Part shown: piece by piece, positions 1-9,200 of the stretch
Numbering within the stretch: position 1 is the stretch's first letter
How the letters are laid out: each line of letters begins with the position of its first letter
Virus record (IMG/VR): IMGVR_UViG_3300011334_000248
Location: 1-28,849 of that record
Strand: one strand, 5' to 3'
DNA length: 28,849 nt
DNA from: a virus
Taxonomy: Duplodnaviria > Caudoviricetes
Program-made: the position numbers and the translations under genes
Notes under the pieces: model-generated
What the model was told of the DNA's origin: nothing
The model's database searches: none
The model's input: the letters and a program-made list of their open reading frames with translations, nothing else

Positions 1-2
1 CT

Positions 3-260
3 AATCTAGATGCTGAGTTTAATGTAGCTTCTGTTGTTGATGCTAATAACGTAACAGTTGCAATTGCAAACTCAGGACTTAGTGCCGGTAACGGAGTGGG
101 CTGGATGCAGACTCTGCGCGTTTTGCCGCTGACTTCGCCGACCGGAAATACCATCAGTAGTTCTTACGGCTTAGATCACGTAGTAACTGCGGTGCGAATT
201 AACGTCTCCGCCTGGACAAGTGGTACTGTCGACTTCCAAGTAATTCAAGGCCGGGGTTAA
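3..260 (+). CDS. 3' end of a probable virion structural protein (partial)
   Basis: Own translation of frame 3 is open to TAA at 258-260 (...VTAVRINVSAWTSGTVDFQVIQGRG); beta-rich composition; immediately upstream of the adaptor gene. Confidence 0.6.
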   Translation, partial: NLDAEFNVASVVDANNVTVAIANSGLSAGNGVGWMQTLRVLPLTSPTGNTISSSYGLDHVVTAVRINVSAWTSGTVDFQVIQGRG

Positions 261-266
261 TCTGCC

Positions 267-980
267 ATGACTGCGCCAAATCCTAACACTCCGATTGCAA
301 TTATCAGCGATGCGTACTTTGATGCGGGATTAACGCAGGAAGGGCAGTCTCCCAACTCCGAGCAGATCGTAACAGGGATGCGAAAGCTTACGGATATTAT
401 AAATCTGTGGCAGACGCAAGGGCTGAAGCTTTGGCTGAACGTAGATACAACTGTCCCCCTGGTTGCAGGGACGGGGACGTATACGTTCAGTCCAACTGGC
501 ACAGTTATTATGCCCAAGCCACCTCGAGCTATTGATGATTATTATATGGACTCCAACGGGATTCGCCGCCCGTTGATTCCGTTAAGCTGGAACGATTACA
601 TTCGCCTAAGCCAGGTTAATAGAACTGGCCAGATCAACTCTTACTTTGTTAATAAAAAGCAGGAAGAGTTAAGTGTCTTTTTCTGGCTGATCCCTGACGC
701 GACAGCTGCAACAGGCACTGCACACTTGCTGCTGCAAACACAAGTTACAAATTTCATCTCGGTGATCGAGACGATGAACTTCCCAATCGAGTGGCGCATT
801 GCGCTGCGTTGGGGACTTGCTGATGAGCTGGCGACAGGTCAGCCTCAAGCAATCATGGATCGTTGCCAGCAGCGAGCTATCAGCTATCGGACGATGCTGG
901 AAGATTGGGATGTGGAAGACGCACCGACTCGGTTTAGCCCGGACTCTCGCGGACAATACTCTACAGGAAAGTTTCGTTAA
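267..980 (+). CDS. head-to-tail adaptor / head completion protein (P22 gp4-like position)
   Basis: 237 aa; N-terminal IISDAY..AG..QEGQSP....GMRKL.D.INLW and C-terminal FP.EW..ALRWGLA.ELA patterns typical of podovirus adaptors; precedes the gp10-like gene. Confidence 0.7.
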   Translation: MTAPNPNTPIAIISDAYFDAGLTQEGQSPNSEQIVTGMRKLTDIINLWQTQGLKLWLNVDTTVPLVAGTGTYTFSPTGTVIMPKPPRAIDDYYMDSNGIRRPLIPLSWNDYIRLSQVNRTGQINSYFVNKKQEELSVFFWLIPDATAATGTAHLLLQTQVTNFISVIETMNFPIEWRIALRWGLADELATGQPQAIMDRCQQRAISYRTMLEDWDVEDAPTRFSPDSRGQYSTGKFR

Positions 981-2405
981 ATGGCACAAGCTGAAACAGT
1001 TGCGATTCCAAAGCGTTTGCCGCTGGTGCTAGAAGCAGCGAATCGGGATCACACGCCTTTTAAAGATGCACGTCTGGTCAATGGGTATGTGGAGAAAAAT
1101 GACAAGACTGATGAGCATTGGATTTTTAAGCGCCCGGGGTTGCTGCAAACAGGAGCGACAAAGGTCGGTAATGGTTACGGTGTTTATAACTGGAATGGAG
1201 ACATATACTCAATCTTTGGTGCTACGCTGTATAAAAATGGAGCAAACATTGGTACAGTAAACGCAGCGGGGGGTGTGTATAGATTTTCGTCCAGCCTTGG
1301 CGCTACCCCACGGTTGCAGCTCGGCAATGCAGCAGCTTCGTATAATTGGGATAATACTACGCTTGCCCAGATTGCGGGGGGCAACTTTCCAGGCAATACT
1401 TACACAACTGCAGGGGCGCTTGCAGTTAAGGGGTTTGTATATCTAGATGGTACGACTTATGTGCTAGACACAACCTCGTACATTCACGGATGCGATGCTT
1501 TAAACGATCCTACCCTATGGACAGATCTGACAAACATACTTGGTGCGCAGATTGAACCCGATGAAGGCGTGTTCTTGGCTAAGCAACTTGTCTATGTGCT
1601 GGCATTGAAATCATGGTCAACTGAAGTTTTTTATGATGCACAGAATACTACGGTGTCTCCCCTTGGCCCGGTGCAAGGAGCTAAGATAAACTACGGTTGC
1701 GTGAGTGCGGATTCAGTGCAGGAGATTGACGGAACGCTGCTCTGGATTGCCACAAATCGTTCTTCCGCGGCGCAGGTTATTCTAGTCGACAACCTTAAAC
1801 CAACGATTGTATCAACCAAGCCGATTGAGCGGATACTTGGAGCGGCGAGTTTTACTAACGTAGCTTCCTTTGGTATTAAGTACGATGGGCATAGATTTTA
1901 CGGCATTACTTTAAAGGATGATAATATAACCTTGGTTTACGATTTGACTGATAAAATGTGGGCACAATGGACAGATGAGAATGGAGATTATTTTAAGATT
2001 GTTTCATCCACTTATCTTGCCGGGACTGGTCGTATATTGCAGCATGAGACTAATGGTAAGTTGTATTTGTTTGATTCTGACTACACGTCTGATGCTGGTG
2101 CAGTCATTACAGTCGATTTGTACACGCCTACCTTTGACGGAGGTATGCGGCGGCGGAAGCAGATGACTATGATGGAATTCATCGGCGACCAGACCGTAGG
2201 GAGTACTTTGCAAGTTCGTGTGAATGATTTCGACTATGAAGATGGCAAGTGGTCTAGTTTTCGCTTAGTAGATATGGGAGTACGCAAGCCTATCTTGGCA
2301 AACTGCGGAACCTTTATGCGGAGGACTACACAGATCCGCCACCAGTCTAACACTCGTATGCGCTTGCAAGCTATTGAGTTGCAACTAGATATTGGAACGC
2401 TCTGA
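981..2405 (+). CDS. packaged-DNA stabilisation / tail hub protein (P22 gp10-like beta-propeller)
   Basis: 474 aa; RLVNGY, KRPGL, YLDG, STEVFY, GC..ADSV, GHRFY and TLVYD....W motifs; size and synteny fit. Confidence 0.75.
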   Translation: MAQAETVAIPKRLPLVLEAANRDHTPFKDARLVNGYVEKNDKTDEHWIFKRPGLLQTGATKVGNGYGVYNWNGDIYSIFGATLYKNGANIGTVNAAGGVYRFSSSLGATPRLQLGNAAASYNWDNTTLAQIAGGNFPGNTYTTAGALAVKGFVYLDGTTYVLDTTSYIHGCDALNDPTLWTDLTNILGAQIEPDEGVFLAKQLVYVLALKSWSTEVFYDAQNTTVSPLGPVQGAKINYGCVSADSVQEIDGTLLWIATNRSSAAQVILVDNLKPTIVSTKPIERILGAASFTNVASFGIKYDGHRFYGITLKDDNITLVYDLTDKMWAQWTDENGDYFKIVSSTYLAGTGRILQHETNGKLYLFDSDYTSDAGAVITVDLYTPTFDGGMRRRKQMTMMEFIGDQTVGSTLQVRVNDFDYEDGKWSSFRLVDMGVRKPILANCGTFMRRTTQIRHQSNTRMRLQAIELQLDIGTL

Positions 2406-3001
2406 TGGCAACCAACGTATTTCAGCCGCCGCCCACCTGGGCCTTACCCGTGACCGTTGATGAGGTCTCCGGTAAAGCTGCGTTTAATCCGGTCTGGCTT
2501 CGCTGGTTTTTAGACCTGTCGCAGAATCTAGGTTCGGGCGGTGCGGGGTCGGTTTCGAGTGTAGCTGCTTTAACTCTCGGAACATCGGGGACTAACTTAA
2601 GTTCTACTGTAGCAAATCCGACGACTAATGCAGTTATTACATTAAACGTCCCGACTGCTTCGGCGACTAATCGTGGTGCATTGAGTGCAGCGGATTGGAC
2701 TACGTTTAATGCGAAAGGTAGTGGATCAGTAACGTCGGTTGGAGGTACTGGTACAGTCAACGGAATTACTTTAACGGGCACGGTAACAACTGCTGGTAAT
2801 TTAACACTGGGTGGTGCGTTAAGTAACGTAAGTTTAACTACTCAGGTAACTGGTATCTTACCTATTGCTAACGGCGGTACGGGTACTTCGGTTGCCGGAG
2901 TTACTGCTGTAATCACCACTGCCAAGCTAACCGCACTCGGCGCAAATGGCAGTATGACTTTTACTAACGGTTTGCTGACAGCGCAGACCGCTGCAACTTA
3001 G
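2405..3001 (+). CDS. tail needle / short fibre-like virion protein
   Basis: N-terminal NPVWLRWFLDL motif after the gp10-like gene; Gly/Thr/Ser-rich fibre repeats (GSVTSV, LTLGG, LPIANGGTG). Confidence 0.55.
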   Translation: MATNVFQPPPTWALPVTVDEVSGKAAFNPVWLRWFLDLSQNLGSGGAGSVSSVAALTLGTSGTNLSSTVANPTTNAVITLNVPTASATNRGALSAADWTTFNAKGSGSVTSVGGTGTVNGITLTGTVTTAGNLTLGGALSNVSLTTQVTGILPIANGGTGTSVAGVTAVITTAKLTALGANGSMTFTNGLLTAQTAAT

Positions 3002-3009
3002 GACTGACT

Positions 3010-4113
3010 ATGGCATATGATAGTGATGGCTTTGGTAGTTATGGCGAAAACGCAGCGCCGGAGGGCAATCCAGCCCAGGGATTAAGTGCTGGCAATTTTG
3101 GATTTGGGATGACTGGCCGTGACTTTGCTCAGCTAGGACTTACCGCTCCTTCCTTTGCAGATACCGGAGTAAATTTTAACACAAGCAGTCAAGTTGGCCT
3201 GCAAGCACCGTCAGATTTTGCGGCGAATGTTGGCAATCTTGGTAGTTACGGGGCGAACTATAGTGGAGCTGCGGATTACGGATTCAATGGAAATGCTTTG
3301 CAGGGTATGGCGAGTTTAGGCAAAGCTAATGAACCAGGATTGCAGTCGATAGGTTACCAGGGACTGCAAGCAAATCCGATGGGAGCAGCCTCTGGTTACA
3401 ATATGGCCCCTGCTGCGCAGTCAGTAGGCCTGCAAGGAACGCAGCCGGAAAAAAGTTTTTTTGACAGCAGCTATGGAAAAGCATTGCAAGCCCTTGCAGG
3501 ATTCGTTCCAGTGCTTGGAGGTATTTTTAACAGTGCAGTGAATTTTAGTAGAACTCAAGATCCGATTTCCGCATTGCTAGGGTTAGTCCCCGGGGTTGGC
3601 GGGTTCCTTGCAAACACTGCGTACGGGCTGGCGAACTCTCGTGACCCTCTCGGATTCCTAGGCGAGCGCGCTATCGGGACTGGAGCCAGTATGCTAGGTG
3701 GACTGATTGGAGGTCGCAGCGGGGCAATAGGTGCTGGGCAACTTGCTGGGGGATTCCTGGGCAATATGGCGGCAGATCGGGCGTCAATTGGCCCTTTCGG
3801 GTCGGCTAGTCCTATTGGCTACCAAGGCCCTTCGTTCGCTGGGATGCCGGCTGGGATGCCGGAAGGTTCTTACGCGCGGACGGATATGGACACTGGGCAA
3901 CGTGGCGTAAGTACTATGACGCCAGCAGACATGGCAGCGATGGCGACGGGTGGCAGGGGTGGCCCGGGATCTTCGGTATCACTCGGACTCAGCGCCCCAC
4001 AACAAACTTTTGCGCAGCAGGCACTGGCCGGACAGGGGCCTGGTTTTAACTTTGGTGGCCCCGGCGGGGATAATGCAGGTTTGATAATGCGTAGATTAGC
4101 AACTAGACGTTGA
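3010..4113 (+). CDS. putative ejection (DNA transfer) protein, Gly/Ala-rich
   Basis: AGGA RBS; low complexity with glycine-zipper hydrophobic segments; located after tail genes like the P22 gp7/20/16 block. Confidence 0.5.
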   Translation: MAYDSDGFGSYGENAAPEGNPAQGLSAGNFGFGMTGRDFAQLGLTAPSFADTGVNFNTSSQVGLQAPSDFAANVGNLGSYGANYSGAADYGFNGNALQGMASLGKANEPGLQSIGYQGLQANPMGAASGYNMAPAAQSVGLQGTQPEKSFFDSSYGKALQALAGFVPVLGGIFNSAVNFSRTQDPISALLGLVPGVGGFLANTAYGLANSRDPLGFLGERAIGTGASMLGGLIGGRSGAIGAGQLAGGFLGNMAADRASIGPFGSASPIGYQGPSFAGMPAGMPEGSYARTDMDTGQRGVSTMTPADMAAMATGGRGGPGSSVSLGLSAPQQTFAQQALAGQGPGFNFGGPGGDNAGLIMRRLATRR

Positions 4114-4124
4114 AAGGATATTTT

Positions 4125-5252
4125 ATGGCTTTAGATGAATACTTTTTTCCGCAAGGTTCCGCAGGTTACATGAATTACGAAGCAAGTAATCCAGGTATTG
4201 ATCTTGGCTCACTTAGCAACACAAATGCTTATTACGCAAACGCTGTGCCAAATCAATACCCTGGTTCGTATAATCCAGGAACTTATAACCCAGGATCGTA
4301 CGCAGGAGCTTACCAAACAGATTTAGGCCCTAACGCGGGTAGTGCTTATAATCCAGCTTTAAGTGATCTAACGCTAGCGGGATCAAATACTTTCCAATTA
4401 GGTAGAGCTGCACCAAACGCTGACGGCAGTGCTCCTACAATTACAGTTAGCAATAGTGGTTCTGCACCGGGTAATAATCTTTACGATCCCGCAACAGAGG
4501 AATATTTTAACTCTAATTTGCGTATGTCGCCTAATCCTAATGTCTACGGAACTACTAACGATCCGTATTCAGCAGAAATGCCAGCCGGTAATTTTGGAGC
4601 TGCTGCTAACAGTGGCATCTCTAACAACGCAGGTAGTTGGTTAGAGAATCTTTACAACTCTACAGTAGGCCCGGGGACTGCACTAGGCGGACGTTCCGGG
4701 GCATTTACCGGAGGCGCGTCTGGCGGCATGGGCGCAGGTGGACAAGGATGGTTGCCAGCTTTAATGAGCATTGGTTCAGGCATTTATGGCATGTACGAAG
4801 CGCGAAAACAAAGAGAACTGGCCCAGCAAGCTATCTCTGGTTCAGCCCCGTGGAATACCGCACAAGGAGCTCCAGCTGGAAGTGGTGCGCAAGTTGCAGG
4901 TAATGCACTGACTAATGTAATCAAGGGCGATTTTACAAATGATCCCGGGTATAAGGCTGCGTTACAAGCAGCAGCTCGTACCTCCTCCCAGCAACCCGGC
5001 GGATTTGCAGCAATGGCGGCGGCGCAAGCAGCGCTGAAGTACCAGAACGACCGGATACAGGCGCTTGGCCCAGCTGCTGGCGTAGGGTTTAGTCCAGGGG
5101 CAGGCTACCAAACAGCTTTGGGAGGAATGACTTCTGCGAATGATTTGGCGTCACGGAGCTTAGGTTCGATTGGGTACGGAGTGACTGGTACGCAACCTAT
5201 GCCGCCTTGGTTGCAAAAATATCTTATAGATAATAATATGGGAGGCCGATAA
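4125..5252 (+). CDS. putative ejection (DNA transfer) protein
   Basis: ATG at 4125 after AAGGA is preferred over TTG at 4110; Gly/Asn/Ala-rich; hydrophobic WLPALMSIGSGIYGMY segment and DPGY motif typical of pilot proteins. Confidence 0.55.
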   Translation: MALDEYFFPQGSAGYMNYEASNPGIDLGSLSNTNAYYANAVPNQYPGSYNPGTYNPGSYAGAYQTDLGPNAGSAYNPALSDLTLAGSNTFQLGRAAPNADGSAPTITVSNSGSAPGNNLYDPATEEYFNSNLRMSPNPNVYGTTNDPYSAEMPAGNFGAAANSGISNNAGSWLENLYNSTVGPGTALGGRSGAFTGGASGGMGAGGQGWLPALMSIGSGIYGMYEARKQRELAQQAISGSAPWNTAQGAPAGSGAQVAGNALTNVIKGDFTNDPGYKAALQAAARTSSQQPGGFAAMAAAQAALKYQNDRIQALGPAAGVGFSPGAGYQTALGGMTSANDLASRSLGSIGYGVTGTQPMPPWLQKYLIDNNMGGR

Positions 5253-6295
5253 TGGCTGAACTATTTGGCGCCCCGTTAGGGATGATGGCCGCCGATGAGC
5301 AAAGTCGGCAGAACGCGCTCGTCGGGTTGGAAGCGCAAAAGGTTATGAATACCCTGGCGTTGCAGCCTTCTCAGATCGCGCTTAACCAAGCGCATACAGG
5401 ATACTACGGAGCGCAGACAGCAGAGGCGCAGGCTAAAGCAGACGCAGCTAATGTAATGCAACGTCTTGGTGCAGGGTTTACTGAAGATCAGCGACTTCGT
5501 CAAGGCGTTATAGATGAAAAGGCGGCAAAAGGTCAGATAGCCACAGTAGCTGACTTAAAAGGTGCGGGGCAAAAAGTTTCTGTTGCACAGCCACTAAAAG
5601 ATTTTGCTGCGTACGCTGCTGGCAAAGGTGCTCCTCCGACTGTACTTGAAAAGATTTACGGAGAAATTGCTACGATAGAAGAGAAAGAAGCTGTCGGACT
5701 TTGGAGAAATAAAGAATCGGAGGTAGCACAAGATAAAATGCAACGTGAGCAGCGTACTGAGGTTGGAGGTATTGCCGCAGCCGCTGCAGAAAGTCCTCAA
5801 CAATACGCTGCAATTATGATGAATCCGGAGATGCGAAATCGCTTGCCTAAAGAACTTACAGGTTCATATAATACAGATCGTGCGGTGTTGCGAGCAATTG
5901 GGCAAGCTAGCATGGATGCAAATAAGCAAGCTGATAACAGGCGCCAGCAAGCGGAGCTTGATGCGCGGCAAGCTAACTTTAACGCGGGGCAATCCAAGCG
6001 GGATGCTGCGGTTACGCTGGCTGATGCGCAGTTTTTACTTACCATGGAGCGTTACGAAAATTTAGTTAAGAATGGGCAGGCTGTTACAGATGCGGGGATT
6101 GAGGCTAAGAAAGCAGTTACTGCGGCAGCTAAAGCCCGAACAGCCGCCGCAGCGGATAAGGCAGCTCCCCAGTTACCACTTGATTCCAAAGCTCGCGTAC
6201 TTAACAAATCTTATACTTTACCTGACGGACGCATAGCTACCTGGGAAACAGATCCTGCAACGGGCAGACCCGGTCTTAATGTAAGAGAGGATTAA
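5252..6295 (+). CDS. putative ejection / internal virion protein, helical
   Basis: 347 aa Ala/Gln/Glu-rich coiled-coil-like sequence; GGAGG RBS; translationally coupled to upstream gene. Confidence 0.5.
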   Translation: MAELFGAPLGMMAADEQSRQNALVGLEAQKVMNTLALQPSQIALNQAHTGYYGAQTAEAQAKADAANVMQRLGAGFTEDQRLRQGVIDEKAAKGQIATVADLKGAGQKVSVAQPLKDFAAYAAGKGAPPTVLEKIYGEIATIEEKEAVGLWRNKESEVAQDKMQREQRTEVGGIAAAAAESPQQYAAIMMNPEMRNRLPKELTGSYNTDRAVLRAIGQASMDANKQADNRRQQAELDARQANFNAGQSKRDAAVTLADAQFLLTMERYENLVKNGQAVTDAGIEAKKAVTAAAKARTAAAADKAAPQLPLDSKARVLNKSYTLPDGRIATWETDPATGRPGLNVRED

Positions 6296-6296
6296 C

Positions 6297-9200
6297 ATGG
6301 CATTTATTACAGAAGCTGACGCTTTCCGCCGCCCGGCTGATGCCGCAGCACCCCCCGCCAGTACGCCGGCAGCTCCGGCAAAACTTGGCAATTTTATCAC
6401 GGAGGAGGAAGCTACGGGTTATTCAGCAGCTCCGTCTGCCTTTGATATTCTAGGTGGCCAAGCGCGTGCAGTGACTGAACGTGTAAGTGCGGGCGCTCGT
6501 AATCTAGCACGACCTTTTTCCAGCGTGCTTTGGGATGCAAAACCAGCTCCGGCTTTTGACACTGATCCTGCAGCCAATCGTTTCTATCGGGATCGTAGTG
6601 TGAGTCCAGGCTCAGTAATGTTTTCGCAAACGAATCAAGCAGATACTCGCGCCGCGCTAGAGAAGGAGCTTGCAGGTGCTCCACCGCCGCCTCCGACATT
6701 TCTGGGGAATCCGCGGAAGTTTGTTGAGGGAATGACGCTAGGGACTGTCGGACAAGTCTCCGATATGTTCAGCAGTATTCCTAAGAGCGTAATAGGCAGT
6801 GCGGTTTATAACTACTCGCGGCTCTACGATGAACTGTTTACGAAGCTACCCCGCGCAGAAAGTGTTAAGAATGCACAGGCACTTAAAGATAAATGGCCGC
6901 AGGAACTTAACGCACCCTGGAGTGTCGTAGCTAAGGCAATGGGGCCAGATGCACTTTATTTTTACGAGAACAATCCCGTTGCTTTTGTCATGGGGCATAT
7001 TGGTAAAGGGATTGAAACCGCAGCTAGCGGTGCAGGTGCTGCGACTGGTACGCCTGTTGGGGATATAATGAATTTGGCTGATGCCACAATGGGCTGGCTG
7101 GGTGTGGCGGGGGTTAAGAAAGGCGTGACAAGTTCGGTTAAAGCTCGCACAGCGCAGCTGCGTGGGGCGCTTGAGCCCAAGGCGCCTGTTGTACCGGGGG
7201 GTGTAGAGCCTATGTTTGCCGAAGGGCCACTTGCGCCCGAAGCACCTTTGGCTCCTGCGGCACCAGCTCCAGGAATGGGAGCGCGTTTACGCGGAGCGCT
7301 GCAAGGTGTGCGGCGGGACTTTCGCGAAGCATCTGCAATGGGAACGGACGCAGTGGCCGCGGCAGCAGAAGCTGTAGCTGCGTCGAAGGCGCGGATTGCT
7401 GCGCTTACGCCAGAGACCCCGATTGATCTTACCGAAGCGCCGCCGGCTGCCCCGACGAAAGCGGAACTTAAAGCGCAAGCGGATGCAGTTGATTCACTGG
7501 TGGTGGATAAAGCTAAGCTGCAGGAGATCTTTGGCATCGCGGCTAAGAAAGGCCCGGCGGCTGAAGCAGCTTTGGTGCAAAATATCTTTGACCGGGTGCT
7601 AAAGCCCACCACTAAAGTAGAGCCGCCGCCCCTTGCGGAGCCACGAGCTCCTTACGATGCTACTACGTTTCCGCCGGGAGAAGGGCCAAAGACTACTTTA
7701 GCTGAGCTTCCTGTTATAATCGGGGAAACTGTTACACCAGATTTAGTGACGTCTGGGTTGGATAAACTTAAGCAAGGGCTGCTGATCTCCGCGCGCGAAG
7801 CTAAAGCAATTCGAGGATTGCAGGTACGTGCAGGGGAAGGTGTGATTGTAGATCAGTCGGGCGTACCTTATTTTAAGCGCGGTTCTGCCGATCCCTCTTT
7901 GCTCAAGGTGCTTACGCTCATGGGCTTAAGTGGCATAGCGGCGAAACAGATTTATGACTGGTGGAATAGTTCGAGCGGATTATCGGAGGATAACACGCGC
8001 GATGTTGGCATGGGACTGGCTGCCGCCGGTGCTGCCGGGGTGATGAAACCTAAGGGAGGTATGTGGCATCCGTCTGCGGTGCCGGCGCTGGTAAAACCGC
8101 TTCGAGGCACTCAGGACGGTAATGTTATACGAATGTATGGGGATATAGCTCCAGATTTACTTGCGCCTGCAGAAAGTGCAGCACTAAATAAAGCTGTAGC
8201 TATGAATAGCTGGTCAACTAATGTAGTCACCAGATGGCTGAATAAAGAAGCTGGCACTGCAACAGACAGGGCAAAAGATATTACCCTTCCAACAGGAGAG
8301 ACTATAGAATCCCTTACAGACCAGGCGTTTGGAAGTCGGCCAGCTACAGGAATGGGATCACTGCCAAGTAGAGATACACCCGGACTTACCAAGCTTATTC
8401 AAGAAGGTAAAGTGGGCGCAGACACACGAATTTACCAGGTAGCTAATCGGGGCTCCGATGTTCAGGTGGGACACCAAGGCGACAGGATTGGGGAGTCTCG
8501 GGAGCTGCTGAATGGATATTTAAGTCACGTTGGCGATTACATAAGGTCGCTGAATCTTACGCCTGAGAAGCTACAGCAGTACGACCTGCCTCGTGCTATG
8601 CTAGAAACCTCCGCCAATGATGCGAAGATCGCAGCGCAAGCGTTGAAGGACTTTACTAAGCCGAATCCTATTCGTATTGCTGACACGCAAGCATTACCAG
8701 TGTATGAAGGGAAGAGTTACCCTAGCGAGATGGCCCCCGCGCGTAAGTTCTCTTTTAACAAAGACGGTTCGATTAGGAAAATGGAGTCGATTGACTTGCC
8801 GGCAGGGGAAGTGCAGTATACTTGGCATGAGCTGAAGTTGCCGGATGCGCTGACGCCGGAGCAAGCAAGCAGGATTCTTCCTATTGACAGCTGGGGGTCG
8901 AATACGGCTATTGGAAGAGTTCCACCCGATATGCGTTACAAGGCGGTGGATGCAAAGGGTAAGGTGATAATAGATAATTTCAGCGAGCAGCCAGCAGTTG
9001 GGCGTACTCCGGAAGAAGCTCATCTTGCAGGACAGATGGCGCAAGAGGGAAATGCGTTAGGCCACTGCGTAGGTGGGTACTGTGGCAATGTGCTGGCAGG
9101 AGAATCTCGGATTATATCACTGCGTGATCAGCTTGGTCGGAGCTATGCTACGGTGGAGTTGCGGCCCGGTATTTACAAAGGCTACCCTATAACTTTTCGT

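Noticed and set aside
6962-7612. 216-aa antisense ORF within the giant gene
   Set aside because: Mirror of an Ala/Pro-rich coding segment; no independent signal.
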